Shown: positions 7,561 to 16,700 of the stretch, one piece after another
Numbering within the stretch: the first letter of the stretch is position 1
Layout of the letters: the number at the start of each line of letters is the position of its first letter
The notes under the pieces: model-generated
Seen by the model: only the letters and a program-made list of their open reading frames with translations
Told to the model about the DNA's origin: nothing
Databases searched by the model: none
IMG/VR virus record: IMGVR_UViG_3300005077_000102
Location: 1-33,104 of that record
Length of the DNA: 33,104 bases
Reading direction: 5' to 3' (one strand)
Source: a virus
Lineage: Duplodnaviria; Caudoviricetes
Position numbers and translations under genes: made by a program

Positions 7561-9007
7561 TCAATCCTCCGTCTCGCCTGTCTCCAGCACGCCCTTGTAC
7601 TCGTTGGCCCAGGTGCCGGTGCTGTCGGCGGGGTAGGCGGCCGTCCAGTAGATCGCCGCCGCGAGGTCGGCCATGTTGCGGACGCGGTGCGTGAGGGTGA
7701 TCCCGCTCTGCCCGATCCCGGCCAGCGTGAGGGCGGCGGCGACCGGGGTCTCGAACCCGGGCTGGCTCGAGGTGATGACGGGGTCGCTGACCGTCGCCGC
7801 CTTCTGAGCCGTCTGCACGCCGACCGGGTAGAGGCCGGCAGGCGTCGCGGTGATGGAAGGAAGCGGGCCGTAGCCGCCCCAGTTGCGGAACCACGGCAGG
7901 TCGGCGGCGTCGCCCTCGTTCGTCGTGCTCCACCACGCAGCCTCGTCGGCCTCCTCGAAGACGCCGACGCTGTCCTGCAGCGCGGCTCCGGCGTAGTAGT
8001 TGTTGGCGAACACGAGGTTCGTGTCCTGCGCCGTGTTGGCGAAGTAGATCAGGTTCTCGTAGTCGCCGAGGATCAGGTTGTTGTAGATCGAGACGTCCTT
8101 CACATCCTCGTTCGCCACGCCCTGCCGAAGCAGGTAGAACACACTGATCGAATCGTCGTCGCAGGTGAAGGTGTTGTTGTAGATGCGCGTGTTCGTCGCT
8201 CCGCGCAGCGCGATGAATGTCGGCGTCCGAACAGCGCCGTCGAGGTTGACGTACTCGAAGGTGTTGTTGTAGATGTCGGAGTACTGGCACTTCGCGGCAA
8301 GCGGGTAGACCGCAATCGGCGTCTCGTGAACCGGCAGGTTCTGGATGTAGAAGGTGTTGCCGTAGACGCGGATCGAGTCCGCAGACGTGTCGTCGCGAAT
8401 GTCGTAGCTGCCGGGTGAAGTCGCAGTAGGAGATGGTGCCGTTGCTGACGCCGCTGGTCTCGGGCCGCCAGTTGATCGACCACGAAGTGCCAGCCGCCTC
8501 CTCGGTGCGCCGGAAACTGCAAGAGTCGATCATGGCGCTGCCGCCGGCATAGACCTGGATTCCCGCGTACCGCTGGTCGGTGAAGTCGCAGTCGTCCACG
8601 GCGAAGCCCGCCGTGGTCTGCGGGGTGATCTGGACGCCGTAGCCGGCACCGTCGAAGGTGCAGCCGCGAACGGCCACCGGCTTGTTGACGCTGACCAGCA
8701 GGTAGGGCAGCAACGCGCTCTCCGTATCGTCGCCGGCGAAGTCGCAGTCCGTCACCGTCAGGCCGTCCGCGTTCGTGTTGACCCGGATGAGGCCGGCACC
8801 GACCGTCGAGCTGTCCGTGTAGCTCTCCTTCAGGTAGAGCGAGTCGGTGTTCGACAGGACGCCGACAAGGTTGGTCAGGTGCGGAACCCACGTGGGGTAG
8901 CTCGCCGAGACGCCCGTCGTGTCGCCGCCGAGGTAGACGATGGCCCCGCGCGCCCCCGCGACGAAGGCGGCGCAGAGGGCCAGCAGGAAGAGGGTGATGC
9001 GCTTCAT
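7561..9007 (-). CDS. signal-peptide-bearing right-handed beta-helix (pectin-lyase-like) protein, interrupted by a +1 frameshift at 8413-8415
   Basis: MKRITLFLLALCAAFVAGARG signal; repeats VTDCDF/VRGCTF/VDDCDF/IDSCSF/ISYCDF continue in the next frame as VYGNTF/IYNNTF/IYNNTF/IYNNLI; span 1447 nt = 3n+1. Confidence 0.75.
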
Positions 9008-9024
9008 CGCAGGGTTTCCTCCCT

Positions 9025-9765
9025 TTAAGTGTAGTCCCAATCGAGTCCACCAATCTGCGTTTCCGCGTAGCCCGCCGCAGTCTTCAGAATCGCGTAGAGC
9101 CCGCAGCCGCCCGTGGTCGTGTTCCCGTAGTACTTGAGGTAGAACTTGCCGTAGTTCCCGCTCGCGGCCGAGAGGCCGCTTGTCCGCTCCGGGAGGTCGA
9201 GTGCGCTGTCGCTGGTGATGATGGGAATCTGACCGGCCGCCGGGGCCGCACTCGCGTCCTCGACCGCCGCGCTTCCGAGCCCGAGCGCCGTTCGCATCTC
9301 GCTTGCGTTCCGGCAAGTGATTACCCCGGCGTTCAGACTCGCCCATTTTTCCACGCCGCCCTCGGCGCTCGTAATCCAGAACGGAAGGTAGCTCCCCCCC
9401 CAGACCGACAGATAGCTGGAGTACGCCTGCACTCCGAGCGCGGAGCGAGCGTCCGCTGCCGTGGTGGCCCCCGTGCCCCCCTCGCTCAGGGGCACCGGCA
9501 GAGCCGTGGGGAGGATGGCCGCGTCTACATGGCTGACGCTTTGCAGGCCGGGAACCAGCGTGCCCGCGCCCGCTCCGGTGTAGACCGAGTAGACTCCGGG
9601 CGCGAGAGTCGATGCGGTGGTGTAGGTGCCGTCCGAGTTGTCCACCAGAGACTCGTCATCCGTGGAAACTACGGTTGTGCCACCGCTGTTCTTGACCTGC
9701 ACTCGCAGCTCCGGCTGCGGGTCACCGTCCGCGTCCTCCAGCAGGAAGCTCAGCTTGCTCGCCAT
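9025..9765 (-). CDS. tail fibre-like protein
   Basis: LPVPLSEGGTGATTAADARSALG and MRTALGLGSAA fibre motifs; ATG 9765 behind AAAGGAG. Confidence 0.7.
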   Translation of the reverse strand: MASKLSFLLEDADGDPQPELRVQVKNSGGTTVVSTDDESLVDNSDGTYTTASTLAPGVYSVYTGAGAGTLVPGLQSVSHVDAAILPTALPVPLSEGGTGATTAADARSALGVQAYSSYLSVWGGSYLPFWITSAEGGVEKWASLNAGVITCRNASEMRTALGLGSAAVEDASAAPAAGQIPIITSDSALDLPERTSGLSAASGNYGKFYLKYYGNTTTGGCGLYAILKTAAGYAETQIGGLDWDYT

Positions 9766-9787
9766 CGTAGTCTCTCCTTTCGCCCGC

Positions 9788-10252
9788 TCAAACGGTAACG
9801 GGAACACCCTTCAGCGGCAGCGGCCCCGCGAGTATGTAGTTGTCGGGAATCGGGATCGCCGCCACCCTCGACACACCGGCCAGCTTCAGCGTCACCACCT
9901 CGCCGCTGGCGAGCACGGCCCCCGGGTCGAGGTCGAGGTTGACGATGCGAACGGGCACCGAGTAGGTGCCACCGTCCGAGTACGGCTTCAACACCAAGGT
10001 TTGCTGCTGGTTGTACCAGCGGATCAGATTCGTGATCTGCGTGTCCGAAAGCACGCTGCCGTCCCATCGGTACTCGGCTTCGAAGCGGAAGGCCAGCGCC
10101 CCCGGGATGTAGTCGCCGTCGAGGTTGTGCCACCCCTCCTCAAGCTCCTCGGCCCAGCGCTCGATGCGCCCGCCCTTCGCGAGGTGGGGGTAGGTAGTGC
10201 CAACACCGTCTACGGTGAACCGTGGGGCACCGGTTCCAAGCCTGCTGCTCAT
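9788..10252 (-). CDS. minor tail protein (Dit-like candidate)
   Basis: 154 aa, beta-rich; ATGA overlap with upstream tail gene; assignment from position. Confidence 0.55.
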   Translation of the reverse strand: MSSRLGTGAPRFTVDGVGTTYPHLAKGGRIERWAEELEEGWHNLDGDYIPGALAFRFEAEYRWDGSVLSDTQITNLIRWYNQQQTLVLKPYSDGGTYSVPVRIVNLDLDPGAVLASGEVVTLKLAGVSRVAAIPIPDNYILAGPLPLKGVPVTV

Positions 10253-11757
10253 GTGCCCTCCCGAATCGAGCGGTAACGCCAGAGGCGGCCATCGGTAGAC
10301 CAATCGAGCTCGACTACGAGCCCCTTCTGGCCGGGCTCCCCGTCCTCGACGGCACCCGCCAGCAGCTGCACCCCGGCCGGTTTGACCACCATCGGGTAGG
10401 TCGCCGTAGTCTCGACGGACTCGCCGGAGAAGCCGTCAACATACCAGTACTGGAGCGCGGCCAAGCGCCCCGGCCCGAACTCGATTCCCCAGCTTCCCGG
10501 ATCGTCCGGGTTCAGCGATTCGATGTTGAGCCTGCCCGGAGTTTGCCACCGGCGCTGCCGGTCGCGGTCGATTGCCTGCCCGGCCGCTGGCATCTGCACT
10601 TCGCCGGAGTCCGATGCTCTCGGCAGCAGCGTCAGCACCGATCCGTCGGCCTTCAGCCACCTCCCGCTCACCTGAGCGAACAACTTCAGCAAGTCCATCA
10701 TGCTTTCGTTCTGCCAGCGCCCGGTAATCCGCTGCACGAGCGGGTTTCCCCACCATGTCGCGTAGACTCGCAGGCCGTAGGCCACGAACAGCCAAGCACC
10801 GTCGGCGGTGTCGTAGGCGGCGAGCACGCGCATCCCCGCACCGCCACCCTCCCCGAGCCCGCTGGCCTGCTGCGCGTAGGCGATTGCCGTGGAGTCGCTG
10901 ACAAGCGAGCTCGAAGATTCGGCCAGCGGGAACGCCTCCCACTCCAAGAGCGAGTAGCCGTTGAAGTTCTCGTAGCTCGCCCCGGGGGCGTAGGCCACCG
11001 GAACCGGCGCGTCAACCGGGCCGGATGCGGGGAATCTCGCCACGCGGAAGCCGTAGTACATCGTGCCGGGCCACTCGCCGTAGGCCCCGCCGATGCGCCA
11101 CATCATGTACAGCACGCCGAGAGTCGGCAGCCCGTTCACGATGCGAACTTGCGACCACATCGTTAGCGGCACGAGGCTCGAAAGCGGCTCCCCTCCCCAA
11201 CCCTGCTGCACTTGGGGCTCGTAGTAGTTGGTTCCGGCTTCCGGCCCGGTCAGGCCGTGCGGGGCCATGATCCCGGCGGGGTCGCTCGTGTCACCAAGCA
11301 CCACGGCCGACCAGCCAACGGCGGGCATCCGAGAGTCGCGGTTCTCATCGAAGTTCTCGACAACGGCCTCGCAGGCCTCCTGCACCGTCGCCCCGTCCAA
11401 CTCGAGTTTCCAGCACTCAGACTGCGTTCTCTGGTCTACGCCGACCCGGCCCGCCCGGACTTCCTTCAGCAACACGGCCAAGGGCTGGCAAACCAGCAGG
11501 GGTACTTTCGAGAATGCGTCCTGCCCCTCGTCGATGTAGCCCGTGAACCGCTCTGTATCACCGACCAGCACCCGCACCGGCAACCCGGAAACCGGTGCCG
11601 TCGGGCAGCTTTCGTGGAGTCTGAACTCGAAACTCTTGAGCCGCCATTCAAAGAACCCCGGGCCCTTGACGGAACTCTCGATCCACTCGGGCCAGTCCTC
11701 GGTGACCACGAACTTGGTTACATCCTCGTTGTCGAGTATCACGCGGCAGTAGCTCAC
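10249..11757 (-). CDS. tail tip/baseplate hub-like protein
   Basis: 502 aa right after the tape measure gene; RFTGYID N-terminal hub-like motif. Confidence 0.6.
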   Translation of the reverse strand: MSYCRVILDNEDVTKFVVTEDWPEWIESSVKGPGFFEWRLKSFEFRLHESCPTAPVSGLPVRVLVGDTERFTGYIDEGQDAFSKVPLLVCQPLAVLLKEVRAGRVGVDQRTQSECWKLELDGATVQEACEAVVENFDENRDSRMPAVGWSAVVLGDTSDPAGIMAPHGLTGPEAGTNYYEPQVQQGWGGEPLSSLVPLTMWSQVRIVNGLPTLGVLYMMWRIGGAYGEWPGTMYYGFRVARFPASGPVDAPVPVAYAPGASYENFNGYSLLEWEAFPLAESSSSLVSDSTAIAYAQQASGLGEGGGAGMRVLAAYDTADGAWLFVAYGLRVYATWWGNPLVQRITGRWQNESMMDLLKLFAQVSGRWLKADGSVLTLLPRASDSGEVQMPAAGQAIDRDRQRRWQTPGRLNIESLNPDDPGSWGIEFGPGRLAALQYWYVDGFSGESVETTATYPMVVKPAGVQLLAGAVEDGEPGQKGLVVELDWSTDGRLWRYRSIREGT

Positions 11758-13796
11758 AGGTTGCTCCTCGCCAGCGTTCCAAGCTCGCGGCCGATGGCCT
11801 TGCCCATCTTGCTCGGGTTGAGAGTGCGCTCGATGCTCGCCAGCCGTGCTTCGACGGCCACCAGCAGACGGTCGCTCGCCGAGCCACGGCTAACCTTGGG
11901 CAGAAGTACCTCGTTGGCCCAGCGGGTGAAGGTCTTTTCGCCGGTCACGATTTCCTTGCCGGAGCGAGTCGTGGATTCTCCGAGCAGCGCGAGAGTCGGT
12001 TTGTCGATCAGGCCGCCCTCCGCGAACGAGCGGGCGATGAAGCTCTTGAGCAGCGCGAATGCGGCCTCGGCCGCGAGTATTTCCGGCAGGTTCTTGAGGT
12101 TCGAGAGCCCCCCGGTTGTGATCGACATGGCGAGTGCGGCCACCTTCGCCGCGAGCAGCTGCGCCTTGACCGCATCGAGAATCGAAAACACGGCCGCCTT
12201 GAGGGCGTTTTTCAACCCCTCCGAGTTCCCCGAGAATCCGGCCTCGAACGCCACTCCGATGGATTCCGTCACGGTTCTCACGACCGATTCGACCTGCAAG
12301 TAGTGATCGCGGAACGCCGCGAGCTCGTTCTCGAATCGCTGCGTGTTGGCCGCCGCCGCCGCCGCGTTCCCCGCCGCCACGAGCGCCTGCGCCCTCTTGA
12401 TGGCGGCGTCTTGCAGTTCAAGCTGCTTGGAGTACAGTCTGGTGTCCCGTTCGAGGGCGAACTCGGACATCCGCTTGAGGCGCTTCTTCTGGTCGGCCTC
12501 GCTTTCCTCGTCGCGCTTTTCCCGCTTCTGCGTGTACTCGTCAAGGAGGGCCTGCGCCTCGTTCAGCCCAAGCTGAAGGGTTGCGCCGTTGAACTCGAAC
12601 TCGACTACCCCACCGGCCCGGAGCGCCTCCACGATTTCGGTCAGCTGCGAAACCGCCAAGTCGAGGTCGCCGCCGACGAGCTCTCCGATCTGCTTGCCGA
12701 GGTAGACCATCGAGTCGGAGAATCCGTTCGCGGCCTCGGTGGCGCGGACGGCTTCCTCCCCGAACAGCCCGGTTAGGCGGGCCCCCTCCGAGACTTTCGG
12801 GGAGAACAGCGCGATTGCGGCGGCCGCCCCGGCGAGCCCGGCGGCGAGTGCGGTGAACGGGTTCAGCAGGAGCGCGGCGTTGAGTGCGGTTATGGCCCCG
12901 GTAACCCCGGCGATGAGCCCGGGCAGGTTGTAGACGAGCATCCCGGCGGCGAGTGCGGCGAGTGCGGCACCGAGCGACTTCAGGCCGATCACCACGGGGC
13001 CGAGGTTGTTCTTGGCCCCCGCCGCGAGGTCGGTCAGGAACCGGATGATCTCGACAAGGGCTGGGCGTAGCTCGTCGCCGAGGGCCGCCGACAGCTGCTG
13101 CGCCGAGTCTCCGAGGTTGCTGAACGCGCCGGTGAGAGTCTGCGCCATCCGGTCGGTGCTGCCCGCCACACCGGCCGCCGGGTCAACGAGTGCATCGAAC
13201 AGGGCCTCGCGGAACTCGGGCAGGGTCAGCTTGGAGATGTCCTCGATGCCCTTGAAGGACGCGACCAGCGCGAGCACGCCGCGCTCCCGCAGCATATCGG
13301 CCGCCCCGGCCCCGGCGGCGAATGCCCGGCCGAATGCTTGGGCGGCCTCGGTCGCGTTGACCCCCATGAAGGCCGCGAGGTCAGCGATGGGCTTGATAGT
13401 CTTTTCGGCATCCGCGCCGAAAGACCTGAGCGCGATTCCGGCCGCCACGATGTCATCGACGGCGAACGGGGTAGTCGCGGCGACTTCCTTGAGCCTGCCG
13501 AAGACCTCGGCCGCACGGTCGGCGCTGCCGTAGAGGGACTCAAGCCGCGCCTGAAGAGTCTCGAACTTGGCGCTTGCCGTTACTACCCCCGCGATGGGGG
13601 CGACGATGAGGTGCATGGCCTCGCGGAACCCGTTGATCGCGAGGCCGAGCTTGGCGAACTGCGCCGACACCCCGGAGAATGCGCTCTCGACGCGATTCGC
13701 CGTGGACTTCGATACCGATGCCACCTCGTTGAAGCCGCGCCGTAGGTCATCGAGCTCGGTGATCAGGCGAATGCGGATGTCGTTGTTCGAGGCCAC
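11754..13796 (-). CDS. tail tape measure protein
   Basis: 680 aa, Ala-rich helical; A.TTPF..DDIV..G..L..FG and TLTGAFSNLGD motifs; FAEGG near C-terminus. Confidence 0.92.
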   Translation of the reverse strand: MASNNDIRIRLITELDDLRRGFNEVASVSKSTANRVESAFSGVSAQFAKLGLAINGFREAMHLIVAPIAGVVTASAKFETLQARLESLYGSADRAAEVFGRLKEVAATTPFAVDDIVAAGIALRSFGADAEKTIKPIADLAAFMGVNATEAAQAFGRAFAAGAGAADMLRERGVLALVASFKGIEDISKLTLPEFREALFDALVDPAAGVAGSTDRMAQTLTGAFSNLGDSAQQLSAALGDELRPALVEIIRFLTDLAAGAKNNLGPVVIGLKSLGAALAALAAGMLVYNLPGLIAGVTGAITALNAALLLNPFTALAAGLAGAAAAIALFSPKVSEGARLTGLFGEEAVRATEAANGFSDSMVYLGKQIGELVGGDLDLAVSQLTEIVEALRAGGVVEFEFNGATLQLGLNEAQALLDEYTQKREKRDEESEADQKKRLKRMSEFALERDTRLYSKQLELQDAAIKRAQALVAAGNAAAAAANTQRFENELAAFRDHYLQVESVVRTVTESIGVAFEAGFSGNSEGLKNALKAAVFSILDAVKAQLLAAKVAALAMSITTGGLSNLKNLPEILAAEAAFALLKSFIARSFAEGGLIDKPTLALLGESTTRSGKEIVTGEKTFTRWANEVLLPKVSRGSASDRLLVAVEARLASIERTLNPSKMGKAIGRELGTLARSNL

Positions 13797-14290
13797 CTAC
13801 TCGCCCCCCATTCGGCCGAGCCACCGGATAATCTCCGGCAGCGTCCAGAGCTCGGCCACCACCGCTGCGTCCGCAAGGTTGCCCCGGGTCGCGGCGAAGA
13901 GCACCGATTCGATGGTCTCTACGAGCGACCCAGCGCGGCCGACTCCTCCTCCGGCGCTCCAATTCGGGACGGGTTCTCGCTCACCCGCAGGAGCCCAGCG
14001 GGAAGTAGTCTCTTCAACCTCCCGCCAATGCCCTTGGAGCGCTCGAAAAAATCCGCGAGTGCCTCGGCAACGATCTCAGCGTCCTGATCGGCCCACCGAA
14101 TACCGGTGTGGTCGCCTTCGAGCACGAGCGGCATGAGCTCATCGAGTACCCCCTCGCGGAGGAGTGCGGAAAGGTCAACCCCCTCGCTCGTGAACGAGGA
14201 CTGCAAGAGCCGTGCGATGCCAAGTACGGCCCCGGCGGTGATCCGGGGCCGCACCCTGAACTCGCGGTTTTCAACGGTGTAGACCTTCAT
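13797..14290 (-). CDS. tail assembly chaperone -1 frameshift product (gpGT-like, 164 aa)
   Basis: T TTT TTC at 14051-14045; -1 frame open to a TAG abutting the tape measure start. Confidence 0.75.
13919..14290 (-). CDS. tail assembly chaperone (gpG-like)
   Basis: Between tail tube and tape measure genes; carries the slippery site in A-D-F-F. Confidence 0.75.
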   Translation of the reverse strand: MKVYTVENREFRVRPRITAGAVLGIARLLQSSFTSEGVDLSALLREGVLDELMPLVLEGDHTGIRWADQDAEIVAEALADFFERSKGIGGRLKRLLPAGLLRVSENPSRIGAPEEESAALGRS

Positions 14291-14320
14291 GGTGGAAACC
14301 TCTTGGTGTGCTCCCGCCCG

Positions 14321-14791
14321 TTAGGCGTGAGCGATGGTCACGAAGTCGTGCAGGTTCTGGTCGGCGGCGGCAGAGATTCCGAACTCGCAGGTGGTCTGCC
14401 AGTAGTCGCCCGTCTGGAGGCCCGGCTTCAGCGAGTCCAGCCCGCTGATGGTGACATGGTAGTCGCTGCCCGTGCCCCGGTCGGTGAAGGTGAACTTCGC
14501 CTTGGCAATGGGCGTGCTGCCCTGCCCCGGCGCGTTGTCCTCCAGCGTGGCGAGGTCGGTCTGGTCAAGCTGGCCGAGCGCGAACTTCAGAGTGCCCGTC
14601 CAGCCCTCGGCCTGCTTCACCTCGCTGCCGTCCTCGAACTCCAGCACCGTCTGCTTCTGCTCTACGGTGAGCTCGGCCACCCCGGCCTTCAGGCCCGTCC
14701 ATCCGATCACGGAGGCGCTTGCCGTGGTCTGGAGGTCGAGCGTGGTAATCCCGTAGAACTTCTTGGTCGCGGAGAATGCCGTGGGAGCCAT
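14321..14791 (-). CDS. major tail tube protein
   Basis: 156 aa, Thr/Gly-rich beta protein; position before the chaperones. Confidence 0.7.
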   Translation of the reverse strand: MAPTAFSATKKFYGITTLDLQTTASASVIGWTGLKAGVAELTVEQKQTVLEFEDGSEVKQAEGWTGTLKFALGQLDQTDLATLEDNAPGQGSTPIAKAKFTFTDRGTGSDYHVTISGLDSLKPGLQTGDYWQTTCEFGISAAADQNLHDFVTIAHA

Positions 14792-14804
14792 GCTTCCCCC
14801 CTTT

Positions 14805-15242
14805 TTAGAGTACTCGGGCCTCGGCCTCTATGTAGGCCGCGAAGTACCTCACCCCGTTGAAAACGGAGGCTTGGTCGTAGTCAACCGAAACCCGGTCAGC
14901 CGCGCCGACTCCGGGGCCCGGATTCGTCAGGATTTCGCGCACCCTCTCCACCCCCTGAACGGTGGCGGCGCGGGCCGTGTCGTAGCCGGACTCGGTGTCC
15001 CACCTGACGAGCACGGCGAATGCGAGGAAGTAGCTCGGCTGCCCGGGAATCTCCGGGTCGTATGCACCGGCCCCCTCGCCGATCAGGTCACCGAGAATCA
15101 TCTTCGAGGGCATCTCGCCCCCCTCGGAGCCGAGCGATTGCCCGCGCACCTTGAAGTTCAGCAGCTCGATTGCGGGGTCATCGGCCATCGTTGTCACGAG
15201 TGCCGACAGCCACTCAGCGATGTTCTTTTCAGGAACCGGCAT
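14805..15242 (-). CDS. tail terminator/completion protein
   Basis: 145 aa, acidic; position between neck and tail tube genes. Confidence 0.55.
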   Translation of the reverse strand: MPVPEKNIAEWLSALVTTMADDPAIELLNFKVRGQSLGSEGGEMPSKMILGDLIGEGAGAYDPEIPGQPSYFLAFAVLVRWDTESGYDTARAATVQGVERVREILTNPGPGVGAADRVSVDYDQASVFNGVRYFAAYIEAEARVL

Positions 15243-15795
15243 CTTGCTCCAGAATCCTCTGCACTCCCGCGCCGATCTTCCGCTCGACTCGGTTTCCGAC
15301 CACCCGCCCGTCGATTCTAAATGTCAGGTCGAAGAACGGGTAGCCCTCGGTGCCCTTCTTGGCGATCTTCCGGCGAATCAAGTACACGGCCCGTCGAATC
15401 GCTTCCTTCCGCTCGTCGCGGGCCTGCTTGCTGCGGCCGCTTGCCGGAAGGTCGAATCTCCCTTGGCGGGCCCGCCGGATCACCCATGCGCGGATCACGG
15501 ATTCGGGCGGCATCCTCCCCGGCTTCCGCCCCTCGTGCGCGAAGTACGCATAGTCGGTGTGGGCACCCACCACCACCTCGGCCCCGGTGTCCGATTCGGT
15601 CAGCGTGGCCTCGATGCTGTTCCGCGTTTGCCCGGTCGAATAGGCACCGGCGATTCTGATGTACCGCTTCGCCCGGCTGGCGAGAATCTCCCCACCCTCG
15701 AGGAGAGCCCCGCCAGCCATCCGGCGAATCTCGGGGAAGGCAGCTGCGAGCTTCCGGGGCAACCGGTTCTCGACGCTCAGAATCACCTTAGCCAA
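15229..15795 (-). CDS. HK97 gp10-like neck/tail completion protein
   Basis: TGQTRNSI..VVVG...YA.FAHEG..PG.MPP..I..WV..PFF motifs. Confidence 0.75.
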   Translation of the reverse strand: MAKVILSVENRLPRKLAAAFPEIRRMAGGALLEGGEILASRAKRYIRIAGAYSTGQTRNSIEATLTESDTGAEVVVGAHTDYAYFAHEGRKPGRMPPESVIRAWVIRRARQGRFDLPASGRSKQARDERKEAIRRAVYLIRRKIAKKGTEGYPFFDLTFRIDGRVVGNRVERKIGAGVQRILEQDAGS

Positions 15796-16264
15796 GGTTC
15801 GGCCCGCTCGCGTTCATCCTGAGCGGGCCGACGCGCACTCGGCGCGAATCGCTCAGGCCCGCGCTTTCGAGTTCGGCCCGGTAGAGCCGCCGGAAGGGTT
15901 CGAGCGCGGCGAGCCCCTTGCGGAGAAGTTCATCCGCGACTCGCATCGCGGAAGGAAACGAAAGAATCGGCTGCGCCCCCTCCCGGCCGCCCCCGAATCC
16001 GTCAACCAGCCCCTGCCCGGCGGTTGCGACCGCGCTCAGCCGGGCAACTGTCGATCCGAGTATAAACTCCTCGGCCCGCGTGAGGGCCGTCTTGTCGGCG
16101 GCGGTGTAGGGCAGACTCGGGACGGAAACCGCATCGTAGATGGTGTCGCCAACGAATCCCCGGGTGATCGATTCGGCCTCCGGGAGGTGCGGAGCCCAAA
16201 CGGTGTCGGGGATGTTCAGGAGGTTGCAGACTACCTTCGCGCTCGTTGCGGTCGCGAGTCCCAT
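15788..16264 (-). CDS. head-tail adaptor candidate
   Basis: 158 aa helical protein after the capsid genes. Confidence 0.55.
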   Translation of the reverse strand: MGLATATSAKVVCNLLNIPDTVWAPHLPEAESITRGFVGDTIYDAVSVPSLPYTAADKTALTRAEEFILGSTVARLSAVATAGQGLVDGFGGGREGAQPILSFPSAMRVADELLRKGLAALEPFRRLYRAELESAGLSDSRRVRVGPLRMNASGPNLG

Positions 16265-16279
16265 CGGTTCCCCCGGAGG

Positions 16280-16603
16280 CTACTTGTTCCCGCCGGTGCT
16301 GAACTGCACCCCTCGCTTCTCCAGATTCTTGCGAATCTTCACCCAGCCGTCCGGGCCGACGAGCTTCTCCTTGAGCCGCTCCCGGAGGTTGTTGTACTCC
16401 TCGTCGGTCAGGAGCAGCGTGTCGCCCCTTTGAAGGCTGATCTTGGCCTTCATGTCCTTGGTGTGGCCCTCGTAGCTCCCGCCGGCGAAGTAGTAGAGCT
16501 TGGCCCCGGCGGGCCGGGGGGCCGAATCGGTTCCGATGTGCTCACCGGCCGTCTCGACCTCGACCTCGTTCTCGGTTTCGGGATTCTTCGGCTTGCGCGG
16601 CAT
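16280..16603 (-). CDS. hypothetical virion-associated protein
   Basis: ATG 16603 behind GAGGAGG; follows the capsid gene. Confidence 0.65.
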   Translation of the reverse strand: MPRKPKNPETENEVEVETAGEHIGTDSAPRPAGAKLYYFAGGSYEGHTKDMKAKISLQRGDTLLLTDEEYNNLRERLKEKLVGPDGWVKIRKNLEKRGVQFSTGGNK

Positions 16604-16633
16604 GGTGTTGCCTCCTCTTGGTGTGAACGGAAC

Positions 16634-16663
16634 GGGGGCCGGAACCGGCGGGCTCCGGCCCCC
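16634..16663 (-). terminator. hairpin downstream of the capsid gene (attenuating terminator or stabiliser)
   Basis: GGGGGCCGGA-N10-TCCGGCCCCC 10-bp stem, weak U tail. Confidence 0.45.
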
Positions 16664-16700
16664 TGAACTATGCGCTTGCCCCGTCTCGGGGCCGCCCCGG

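Noticed and set aside
7379-9346. 655-aa ORF as one gene
   Set aside because: It is a chimera of an out-of-frame 5' extension, the beta-helix N-half, an Arg-rich wrong-frame middle and the holin, which has its own RBS and GTG
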